64,000 bases of DNA from Tubulanus polymorphus (lineage: Eukaryota > Animalia > Nemertea): contig NC_134031.1 in NCBI RefSeq assembly GCF_964204645.1, positions 13,999,807 through 14,063,806 on the forward strand, read 5' to 3'. Of this stretch, positions 13,204 through 23,189 are shown in pieces. How positions within the stretch are numbered: position 1 is the stretch's first letter; every line of letters starts with the position of its first letter. Below the pieces are notes generated by a model. The model saw nothing but the letters and a program-made list of their open reading frames with translations, searched no databases and was not told the DNA's origin. The position numbers and the translations under genes are program-made.

Positions 13204-14816
13204 CTCTGGGAGTTCAATATCAAATGAAGATAGTTGAGCCTAGGTCTATCCTCGCTTACCAGGTTCTGTTTGGCTCACGCCAACACGAGCTCTGTCTGTA
13301 GGCCTAAGATTTTTTTGGGTGCACGGGTGGCCGCTTAGCGGCCACCAGCGATTAGCCAATCGCACGCGTGAAAAACAACGTATCTGATTGGCTTAAATAC
13401 TTATAAATCTCTGGCGATGTAATAGGCCGATGAATGGTTTGCGGCCAGGGTTTGTGTGGGCGTGAGCTTCGGCTTCAGTTCCAGAGAAGATCTAGACCAT
13501 TAACAAACTGACCTTGACCTGGGCTCCGGCGTAATGTCGAAGTACATAATACGTAGAATATGCGTTGCGTAATTACGAATCAATGACGGAAGTTGAATTC
13601 CGTCGTCTGTCGTCGATTTATTCGCTTCATTGGACTGTGAGTATATATTTACCATCCATGAATACTTTCGATCCATCAATCATCGCCCAATCGGGATCTC
13701 CGAATCAGTTGAAATACTTTCCGTCTTAAGTTTTAGCAACCAACGCTGAATTTCACGGCAAGTCATCTTATCCGGAGGCAAAGAAATCGAAGCTAGCAAC
13801 CGCATTACTGAGTAACATAGCAACTTTTTTCGGTGATATCATAGCAACCGGTGGCATGATAAGGGTTCGAGTCCCGATTTATTGCGCTGTCATATCGGGC
13901 CACAGCGTATTCAAACCGTGTGCCTAATAAATATCGAGTATCGACCTACGTTTATCCATATACGCGAGAAAGATTCACCCTGACTGCAAACTAGTAAAGG
14001 GCCTAGAGTTGAGTAGGCTTCGCCGAGACCGGGAAGCGCGTAGCGCAGGACCCCAAAAATAGTACCTAGATCAATGGAACCAGCCACAGGTAGGGCAGTG
14101 AAACGGTAGGCTAATTCAACAAATAGGAGAGTCGACGGAAAACTGATGTATGTGCGAAATCCGTGGATCCTGAGAGGCAAATCGATGAAAAAATAGAGGA
14201 TTCCTTGGAACTATTTTGCTTAAAGTTAGAATACGGCGCCATACCAAACGTGGCAGTTCGGGGATTCCCTGCAATATCCGTACGACACCGGGGCGGTACC
14301 AATTCAAATTCAAATCATCCCGTTCCGCCTTTTTCCTTTCTAGACGACTATCATTTCAAAAGTTTGGATGGGCATGTGGAGAACGAAACTCACTTCTACG
14401 TAAAGTGAAGATGTTGGCGGCGGACAGCGAACGCATCCCGCAAATTGTGCGAACCACGTGTCGTAGCCTACCGACATCGTAGCGGTTACGCTTTTGGGTT
14501 GGTTCACTGAGCGTTTCACAAGTGTTTTTATCGCGACTAAAGTGTAGGATATTATCGATATTATGAATATTCGTAGGTAGTAGCAAATTTTCCGGGCATA
14601 ATGAAGTTCACAATTTATTTGCATAATTTTAGATCCATCGTAGTGGCTCGAAATTAATACCGGAATATATGAAATCAATTCAATTTTCATTTGAATGCCC
14701 TATCGAAAATTAAAATCATTCAAAAAGGTATAGCGCGTACATTTTTATATGTCTCACACAGTTGATGTAAATAACGGTTGTTCGACATATATATTGAATT
14801 GCGTTCATTCAACGGT

Positions 14817-14853
14817 ATCGCTTCTCGGCCTATTGGCTAAGATCAAAGTGTAG
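14817..14853 (+). pseudogene. RNU2: U2 nt 1-37 (5' part of interrupted U2 gene), including left TSD 14839-14853
   Basis: U2 sequence stops after ...AAGATCAAAGTGTAG and retroelement sequence begins. Confidence 0.95.
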
Positions 14854-14939
14854 ACGTCGTTGAATGCAGACGTGTTTGCGGCGCTCTCCAGCAATTTCAT
14901 TCATTCGATCGATATTACGAAGAATTCTTAAACCAGAAA

Positions 14940-15980
14940 ATGGATATGGAACTACAATCAGCTAAGAATTTCCGATATAACATGGATGTAGCTCAGGATC
15001 TACAGAACTTTCTGCTAGTACCGAAGATTAGAGTGCAACTTCGAAAATTGGATATGCCGGAAATTTGTGAGATTTTTGGGAACGACCCGACTTGCCGCTC
15101 CTGTATCGAAAAAGTTATCGACTTCAACTTTAACAACGTTGGCGTGTTTTGCACATCGAAAGAAACATACAAAATTTTACGAAAACACGTGATTTCATAT
15201 CGTGGCGCGTCGCTTAAATTCAGGAGTGCGACCGATACCCCCACAATCGTCAGGGTGGAGGGAATTCCGGCTAACTGCCCGCATGCAGTTGTAAACAAAG
15301 TTTTTGAACCATACGGCGAAATCGTAACCGGCTCATACCATCCGACAATCGGCAAAACTGATTTTCGAAATGGAGAAAAGAGAGTTTTGGAGATCGTTCT
15401 GAAATCCCCGATACAAAGGAACTTGACCCTCAGCAGTAAATCGTACGGTATGTTGCTTATACGGGCATACTACGCTGGACAGCCGGATCATTGTGCGATA
15501 TGCAATGATTTCGATCATACATGGGTTACATGTAGCATTTCGTGTACCCATCCAACGCACGAACCCCATAAATGCCGTCAGCTTGGGTATAGACATCGCG
15601 TCCAGCAAGCGGTGTTCAGCCAAGAGAACCCGACGCCGGCGGAGGCTCCAACAGAACAACACCAGGGACATAACCAGGAAACGGCAGCTGAACCAATTAA
15701 CTTGGTAACAGAATCGTCAACTTCAGGAGCTCGAACTGCGGTGAACGAAACAACCGACAAAAGAAAGACGTCACCCTCGGCAGCATCGAAGACCAGCACA
15801 GTTCCAGCGGGAAAGAAGAGGCCGTCTTCGCCAACAGAGCTGCCGGCGACGCCAACAAAGACGACGAAAACAGTACCCGACCAAGATGCGACCCTCGACA
15901 AACCACCTTCTGGTGAAAAAACTACGAAGAAAAAAGATGCAAACAAAGTGAAATCAAGACCGAAATCATTGAAATACTGA
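14940..15980 (+). CDS. ORF1 nucleic-acid-binding protein (RRM-like + CX2CX4HX4C zinc knuckle, low-complexity basic tail), 346 aa
   Basis: TIVRVEGIP..VFEPYGEIV RRM-like motif; CAICNDFDHTWVTC knuckle; lies upstream of ORF2. Confidence 0.9.
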   Translation: MDMELQSAKNFRYNMDVAQDLQNFLLVPKIRVQLRKLDMPEICEIFGNDPTCRSCIEKVIDFNFNNVGVFCTSKETYKILRKHVISYRGASLKFRSATDTPTIVRVEGIPANCPHAVVNKVFEPYGEIVTGSYHPTIGKTDFRNGEKRVLEIVLKSPIQRNLTLSSKSYGMLLIRAYYAGQPDHCAICNDFDHTWVTCSISCTHPTHEPHKCRQLGYRHRVQQAVFSQENPTPAEAPTEQHQGHNQETAAEPINLVTESSTSGARTAVNETTDKRKTSPSAASKTSTVPAGKKRPSSPTELPATPTKTTKTVPDQDATLDKPPSGEKTTKKKDANKVKSRPKSLKY

Positions 15981-16024
15981 GGTAATGTATACATTCTTTC
16001 AAACTTTTAAGTAGGTTTAATAAT

Positions 16025-19000
16025 ATGGCGAATAATGAGAAAATTAAATTTCTATCTTTAAACTGCAATGGTTTAGTATTTTCTAACTCTAGAACCAATG
16101 CACTTTTTGAGAAAATTAAAAACTGCGAAATTTTCCTACTTCAAGAGACTCATATATCTACTGATTTTGAACAGCATAAAATCTTTAAACCTCTTCAGAA
16201 ATATTTTGAAATCTTTTATAATATTTATGCTAATGAAAGGAAGAATGGAGTGGTCATTGGGATAAAAAGATCTTTAGATTATTCCGTCATTAAAAAGAAC
16301 AATGACAATATGGGCAGGTTAATCGCTCTCAAATTAACACTTTTTGGCAAAATTATTAGCTTGGTCAGTATTTATGCTCCAAACAAAGATCGCAACAGAA
16401 AAACTTTCTTACAAGATATAGGGAACTATTTGGATGTACAACCTAATGAAGACTTGATAATTGCGGGGGATTTTAATTGTATAGAAAGTCCATTAGATCG
16501 AGTTTCACCACTAGTTAATGTAAACATACAAAATGGCTCAGAACAATTAGCAAATTTATGTCAGCAATTTAGACTGGCAGATGCCTATAGACTTAAACAC
16601 CCTAATAGACCAGCCTTCTCCAGAATAACAAAACGAAACAATAATGTTATCAAAACCCGGATCGACCGCTTTTATGTATCGGACACTTTACAGCCAGACA
16701 TAGAGCACGTGAAACATGTCAACTCTATTCACTCCGATCACAGGATCGTCGAGTTAACAATCAACACTTCTCAAGACAAACGTGGCAAGGGATATTGGCA
16801 TCTCAATAAAGAACTACTTAAGAACCCTAATTACATCACTATGATGACAGACTTTTGGACACAATGGCAAAATCACAAACAGTTTTACGATTCGATCATA
16901 GACTGGTGGGAGGAGAGCAAAGTTCAAATAAAACAAAGATCTATGAAATTCTCTTCCGAACTCAGGAAAATTAAAAACAACCTTAAGAAATCTTTAGAGT
17001 CTCAACTATTTGTCCTTGAGAAACTTTCAGACTTAGGGATAACCGCTAATCAAAACCAAATTGACTATTTGACCAAACGTATCCGCGACTTTGAAATTGA
17101 AAACGCAAAAAGCGCTATGGTAAGATCTAAAATCGAATGGAGAGAATTTGGAGAAACAACGAGTACATTTTTCGCAAACTTTGAAAAACAACGCGCTAAA
17201 GCGAATCATATTAAGACTCTTAAAAACGACTTTGGTGAAATAAAAACCAATCAAAAAGATATTGAAAAAATTCAACTGAAATATTACAAAGATTTATATA
17301 GACGAGAGGAAACGGATCAAGATGCTCAAAATTTCTTTCTAGCTAATTTACCCCAAATTTCGGATCAGAACAAACTTCGGCACGATTCCCAAATAAACAT
17401 GGACGAATTGAATAGTTCGGTAAAGTCTTTTCAAAATAATAAATCTCCTGGAATGGATGGCATACCTATTGAGTTTTATAAAGAATTTTGGCACATTCTT
17501 CAAGATGACTTTCTACAATTAGTACATGCATGTATACAAGAAAATAGACTTTCAAAATCAATGCAGACAGGTATTATATCTTTAATCCATAAGAAAAATG
17601 ACAAAACAGATCTGAAAAATTGGAGACCGATCTCCTTATTATGTACGGATTACAAAATTTTAACAAAAGTTCTCGCAAACAGACTAATTAACTGTCTACC
17701 AGACATAATTCACCCCGACCAAACCTGTAGCGTAAAGGGCCGTCGAATTCAAGATAACTGTCATATAATTAGAGATTTAATTGACTACGTAAATCACGAC
17801 AATTTAGATGCATTTTTGGTGACAATTGATCAAATGAAAGCTTTCGATCGCGTCGACTGGCAGTATATGTTTAAAACTTTGGAATCTTTCGGCTTCGGAG
17901 AAAATCTAATTCAGTATATAAAAACTTGCTATTCGAATCCAAAATCCAAAATCAAAAGCAACGGTTTCTTAACTAAGCCATTTTCTTTAGAAAGAGGCGT
18001 TAGACAAGGGTGTCCCATGAGCGCGATACTCTATATAATAGCGGCTGAACCACTAGCAATCAAAATACGCGAAAATAACAACATTAAAGGAGTGAAATTA
18101 CCAGACGACACAGACATTAAAATCAAACAATACGCTGATGACACTACACTATGTCTAACCGACTTAGAATCATTGAATCAGGTCTTTACAACTGTGACTC
18201 TTTTTGAACGAGCATCGGGCGCAAAAATTAATATAGATAAAACTGAATGTATGTGGATTGGAGCTTGGAAAAACAGGAACGATAAGCCTTTAGACTTGAA
18301 TTGGAAACGATCTATGAAAATTTGTGGCATTCATTTCGGCAATGAAAATACGGATGATTTAAATTGGCATCACAAAATTAATAAGGTTCAAAATGTAATC
18401 AATCTTTGGCGACAAACGAAATTATCTCTGCACGGTAAAAAAGTTGTTATCAACTCATTCATATTGCCGATCTTGTGGTATACTTCTGAAGTATTTCCGA
18501 TTCCGGATAGATATATTCGAATTTTTGAGCAAAAAATTATCAATTTCTTGTGGGACTATAAAAAGCATCTCGTCGGCAAAGACATAGTACACAGGAAAAT
18601 GGAGCACGGAGGTTTAGACATACATAACATAAAATATAGACAACAAACACAGGCAATTAAGACGATAATTAGTCACGCGACAAAACCGACGCACTGGAAC
18701 CCGCTAATCAATTACAACTTGCAAAGATTTCTCGGCCCAGGCTGGAATATTCGAAACATACTTCACAATGAACTACCTAAAAAGTTAATTACTCACGACT
18801 TCTATAGACATCTACTAAAATCATGGACAGCATTTCAAAAAGACTTATTTCCTACCGAAACAATCGCGGAAATTCTACAAAAACCCATCTTCAACAATCC
18901 TGAGATTAAACTTTCCAAGACAATTAATTTCAAAGAGTATATAGACAACGGGATAACCAATCTACAACACATTTTCGATAACAGCGGTAATCTGAAACCC

Positions 19001-19837
19001 CTGCGAGAAACTCCTCTAAATGACGGATTAAAACATACAGCTATATGCAACGCGATACCGCAGCACTGGAAATTTATTCTATCAGATCAAAATCTCGATT
19101 TCGATGAACTGCCCAAAATATATGTCCAATTTGAAAATATCGACTGTGATATTGAAAAAATTGCTTCTTGTCAAATTTATAGAATTCTATTGACTAAAAA
19201 TCTGAATAATAATGTACCTATCGGGCAAACGAAAATTACTGAATTGTTGAATACCGAATTAAACTGGCCGGATATTTGGAATGAAACTTATAACAAATTC
19301 ATTGATAGGCGTTTTAGTGATATTCATTGGAAATTATTACATAATACTCTCGCGACGGCCTCAAAATTAGTACTTTGGCGAATTAAAACTGATCCTAACT
19401 GTAAAATTTGCGGACGCGCGGCTACAAATGATCACGTGGTATACTCATGCACAGAAGCGCGACAACTATATTCACACATACAGACAATTTTTGAACGCAT
19501 TATAGGAACGCCTATACGAATCACTCAAGATATCATATACACCGGTGTAACAAAAACAATGCAAAAGAATTTCCACAAACGCACGCTCGCAAACTACCTT
19601 CTATTCCTCGCACAATTTATTTTGTACAAAAATCACTACAATTTAGAACAAGGCACTGGCCGCATCAACACAATTATTTACTTCAAAAACTCTCTTATAG
19701 ATCGCTTGAACCAAGAAATAATACTTCAACGACATCTCCACATTTGGAGTCATAATGACGTCCTTATACGCCTCGATGAAAATGGACAAAGTGTAGTAAA
19801 TAAAATTGCGATTGATACTATCGACACTGTTCTCTAA
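16025..19837 (+). CDS. ORF2: AP-endonuclease + reverse transcriptase + C-terminal CCHC, 1270 aa
   Basis: LQETH, GDFN, RIDRF, SDH (APE); KSPGMDG, WRPISLL, KAFD, GVRQGCPMS, YADD (RT); CKIC..H..C. Confidence 0.97.
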   Translation: MANNEKIKFLSLNCNGLVFSNSRTNALFEKIKNCEIFLLQETHISTDFEQHKIFKPLQKYFEIFYNIYANERKNGVVIGIKRSLDYSVIKKNNDNMGRLIALKLTLFGKIISLVSIYAPNKDRNRKTFLQDIGNYLDVQPNEDLIIAGDFNCIESPLDRVSPLVNVNIQNGSEQLANLCQQFRLADAYRLKHPNRPAFSRITKRNNNVIKTRIDRFYVSDTLQPDIEHVKHVNSIHSDHRIVELTINTSQDKRGKGYWHLNKELLKNPNYITMMTDFWTQWQNHKQFYDSIIDWWEESKVQIKQRSMKFSSELRKIKNNLKKSLESQLFVLEKLSDLGITANQNQIDYLTKRIRDFEIENAKSAMVRSKIEWREFGETTSTFFANFEKQRAKANHIKTLKNDFGEIKTNQKDIEKIQLKYYKDLYRREETDQDAQNFFLANLPQISDQNKLRHDSQINMDELNSSVKSFQNNKSPGMDGIPIEFYKEFWHILQDDFLQLVHACIQENRLSKSMQTGIISLIHKKNDKTDLKNWRPISLLCTDYKILTKVLANRLINCLPDIIHPDQTCSVKGRRIQDNCHIIRDLIDYVNHDNLDAFLVTIDQMKAFDRVDWQYMFKTLESFGFGENLIQYIKTCYSNPKSKIKSNGFLTKPFSLERGVRQGCPMSAILYIIAAEPLAIKIRENNNIKGVKLPDDTDIKIKQYADDTTLCLTDLESLNQVFTTVTLFERASGAKINIDKTECMWIGAWKNRNDKPLDLNWKRSMKICGIHFGNENTDDLNWHHKINKVQNVINLWRQTKLSLHGKKVVINSFILPILWYTSEVFPIPDRYIRIFEQKIINFLWDYKKHLVGKDIVHRKMEHGGLDIHNIKYRQQTQAIKTIISHATKPTHWNPLINYNLQRFLGPGWNIRNILHNELPKKLITHDFYRHLLKSWTAFQKDLFPTETIAEILQKPIFNNPEIKLSKTINFKEYIDNGITNLQHIFDNSGNLKPLRETPLNDGLKHTAICNAIPQHWKFILSDQNLDFDELPKIYVQFENIDCDIEKIASCQIYRILLTKNLNNNVPIGQTKITELLNTELNWPDIWNETYNKFIDRRFSDIHWKLLHNTLATASKLVLWRIKTDPNCKICGRAATNDHVVYSCTEARQLYSHIQTIFERIIGTPIRITQDIIYTGVTKTMQKNFHKRTLANYLLFLAQFILYKNHYNLEQGTGRINTIIYFKNSLIDRLNQEIILQRHLHIWSHNDVLIRLDENGQSVVNKIAIDTIDTVL

Positions 19838-21077
19838 TTACGTGCCTTCATTAGTTTCGAACCTACATATCCTAAATATGACAATCGAGGTGTGTTTTGA
19901 TTTGGAATGAACAGGGATGACGGTCTATCAATGCGCATAGAACTGTCTGACCACTTTTGTTCTATATCATCACATACGCATAGTTTAATTGAGTCTGGTG
20001 TTTGGACTGTAAACTCAGCCCCATTGCCGCGATAGCTGGAAAGCTGCCTCCTTTTCGGCTTCAGGATAGCAAGCTCAGTCTATTTGCGCGCGGTGGCGGC
20101 TGGAAAGTTGCCTCTGGACATCGGTCTCATCAAAAACTAAAAAACCTGACTGTGACATTTGATTCAGCGCACTTGCCGCCTCGGTGACTCATCGACGGTC
20201 TTTCATTACGCATAGAACTGTCGGCCAGCTATTGAAGCGGCGCGTGTCTAAGATCAAAACTGTAAATAAAACCCAAAATAGACTGTATCAAATAATTGTA
20301 TGTACAAATACTCGCGTGCCTGTGTCGCTTTCCTGTTGACGGTCTATCAATGCGCATAGCACTGTCCGTTGGGCCGCGACGCATCCACGCACCTGTCTAT
20401 GCACTGTAAATAGAAACACAAAACTGCCCCCGTATGAAACTTATACTTTCAGGCAAATTCAGCACCAGACGTGAAGTACCAACTGCGCACCCCTTGACGG
20501 AGAAACCCATCCTCATTGGAGCTGCATCTTCGGATACCAGGACCGTACTCTCATCTGGATAATTTGCGTTCAAAATGTGCTACTTTAAACTAATCAACAT
20601 GCAGGGCGGACAACATAGAGGAATTTACACCAATATTTACTCGGAAAATGCAAAAACTCTCGGATTATTTACACGCGGAAAACGACCAAAAAAATAAAAA
20701 AAAACGAACATTACCGATCTTAGCCCCTTATAGTTATTTTCAAATTTAGATGTATTAATTAGGCTTTAAACAACATAAACTCCCATCAGTCGCTTGCCGG
20801 TTCAGGCTGGATGGATGATTGTTCCGACGAACCGGAACCGACATTTTCAATTATGTACTTCGATTTAAAAAAATGATGTAACCGCGACCGACGACAACTC
20901 AACTACATTTTGTACTTCGATTTCCGATTTCAAAAACAAACCCCCTGTTTCGCTCCCGGCAGGTGTGGTGGGTATGTAAGGGTCGCCAAATCAAACGAAA
21001 TTTAATCGCAAAAGTTTTTACAATTACCAGTCAAATAAATAAGAGATTAAGATCAAAAAAAAAAAAAAAAAAAAAAA

Positions 21078-21246
21078 AAGATCAAAGTGTAGTATCTGTT
21101 TTTTATCAGCTTAATATCTGATACGCTCCCCATAGGGGAGCTTCGATATTAAACTGATTTTTGGCACTAGGTGAAGAGTCAGGGGCTTGCTCCGCCTTCG
21201 CCACGAGTTGGCCTGGTATTGCAGTACCTCCAGGATCGGCTCACTC
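21078..21246 (+). pseudogene. RNU2: 3' part of the interrupted U2 gene (right TSD + nt 38-190); diverged spacer continues to about 21720
   Basis: U2 resumes after the poly(A); one C>T change; spacer homology breaks off near 21720. Confidence 0.92.
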
Positions 21247-21726
21247 CCTCTGGGAGTTCAATATCAAATAAAGATAGTTGAGCCTATGTCTATCCTCGCT
21301 TACCAGGTTCTGTTTGTCTCCCGTCGAAATGCTCACGCCAACACGAGCTCTGTCTGTAGGCCTAAGATTTTTAGAGCGCACGGGTGGCCGCTTAGCGGCC
21401 ACCTGCACTTAGCCAATAGCACGCGTGAAAAACAACCTATCTGATTGGCTTAAATACTTATAAATCTATGACAATGCAATAGGCCGATGAATGGTTTGCA
21501 GCCAGGGTTTGTGTGGGCGTGAGCTTCGGCTTTAGTTCCAGAGAAGATCTAGACCATTAACAAACTGACCTTGACCTGGGCTCCGGCGTAACGTCGAAGT
21601 ACATAATACGTAGAATATGCATATGTGTTATGCATATGTAGTGCCAATTACGAATCAATGACGGAAGTTGAATTCCGTCGTCTGTCGTCGATTTATTCTT
21701 TTCATTGGACTATGAATATATATATA

Positions 21727-22140
21727 GAAAATACAATCGCGGAAGACAGGAGGATGGTCAGTGGGTGTTCGGTGGAATCGAACGTGGAAATAATGCAAAC
21801 GGGATGCGGAAACGTTGGTACCGATAATCGAGAAGTGAATTTTACCGGGAACCACGATAATGAGCGATTGATGGAAAGCATATTCTAGTTTGGGAGAGCG
21901 CGGATATAATCACTTGACGGTTAATCATAATGTCACTTTTGTTGATCCAGAAACTAATGCATGTACAAATTTGATCGAGAATCAGTGGCTTCATGCAAAA
22001 AAACTTTCCGAAATATGGAACAGTGAAAGAACATTTTGACTCTTATCTTGGCCAATACTTGTTGTGGCGATGTCGAGTAGGAACTTCGGATCCATTCCTC
22101 TCATTCTTGAATGACGTGAAAACAATTTATAATGCAAATG
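21727..22140 (+). pseudogene. Merlin / IS1595-like (ISXO2) transposase fragment
   Basis: Hand translation gives QWVFGGIER, LPGTTIMSD*WKAY, HLTVNH..FVDP, TNLIENQW; contains stops and frameshifts. Confidence 0.75.
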
Positions 22141-22153
22141 AAATGACAATACC

Positions 22154-22555
22154 TATGGTGGCTGATTAGGGCCAAGTTAAAAAAAAAATTCCGTGCAATG
22201 CATAAAATATATTGCTTCGTTTCTGCGTCCGTTTTTGCGCCGCGCAAAAACGAAATTTACCGCGCAGAAACGCGCCTAAACGAGCGCAGAAACGAAGTTC
22301 GTTTCTGCGCCCGTTTTGGCGCATTGATTTCTCGTTTTTGCGCCGCGCAAAAACGAACTTCGTTTTTGCGTCCGTTTTTGAGCGGCGCAAAAACGAAATT
22401 TACCGCGCAGAAACGCGCTAAAACGAGCGCAGAAACGAACTTCGTTTCTCTGCCCGTTTTTGCGCGTTTTAGCGCAGAAACGAAGCAATATATTTTTTTG
22501 CATGGTATATTGCACGGAATTTTTTTTTCTAACTTGGCCCTAATCAGCCACCATA
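22154..22555. mobile_element. Palindromic MITE with 6-bp TSD AATACC (hAT-like)
   Basis: TIR TATGGTGGCTGATTAGGGCCAAGTT..; AATACC on both flanks; internal GCGCAGAAACG repeats in both orientations. Confidence 0.85.
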
Positions 22556-23189
22556 AATACCACATTGGCGGACAAATGAAAATTGATTATATTAATGTAA
22601 TAAAAAAGTCCGTGTTAATCAAAATCTGAAATATTAAAGAATTGTAGTGTGTTATGGTTGAAATAAAGAGTACACATGACGATAGTTCCTAAAAATGGTA
22701 TTCATTTTTTTTTCTGTGAGAAATGATAGACACTTAACGTATCGGTGGAAAGTGATGGTAACATATACAAAACACCCCGTCAGGTCGATTCCTGGAAACA
22801 GCGAATCTGTTTAAAGAAATACAAAACGAGTGTCCGAAACATGTACATAAACGAAGAGATTGGACATAAACAAAAATTCATTAATACATTGATTGAATTT
22901 ACTTTCGGGATAATAATTTACATTATTCAAGTTGAATACATAAATCAAGTTGTATGTAACGATATAAAGCAATATAAAACCCTAGACACATTTGTGTATA
23001 ACCTGATCAATATATGGGATTCGACCTTATTATCATATGCCGTACGAATCACGGCAATATCGTAGTAGGACTCAATGCACAACATGCTGTATATTCGACG
23101 TGAACCGAATCACTGTATACGGTGTGTATTGATATGAACCGAATCACTTCAAACGGTGCACCTACACATGTGTGCTATGTATAGTAAAG

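Larger units (their letters stand above)
406..14853 (+). repeat. U2 snRNA tandem array, 1804-bp unit, about 8 units
   Basis: ORF track and sequence recur with an exact 1804-bp period; only two variable sites noticed between units. Confidence 0.98.
14854..21077 (+). mobile_element. Full-length U2-specific non-LTR retrotransposon, L1/Tx1 clade (Keno-like)
   Basis: Two intact ORFs; AATAAA at 21034; poly(A) 21055-21077; 15-bp TSD AAGATCAAAGTGTAG (14839-14853 / 21078-21092); insertion after U2 nt 37, as described for Keno. Confidence 0.95.

Noticed and set aside
1283-14690. Seven short ORFs repeated in every 1804-bp unit
   Set aside because: They overlap on both strands, many use non-ATG starts, show no motifs and are disrupted in the orphan copy; recurrence only reflects the repeat
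406-14853. CRISPR-like or prokaryotic array
   Set aside because: Units are identical throughout with no unique spacers; U2 genes and spliceosomal introns indicate a eukaryote
14854-21077. Utopia (R2-like) or Dada identity
   Set aside because: N-terminal APE, two ORFs, poly(A) and long TSD; no RLE or DDE motifs
22166-22629. Cluster of Arg/Phe-rich ORFs
   Set aside because: Artefact of MITE internal repeats
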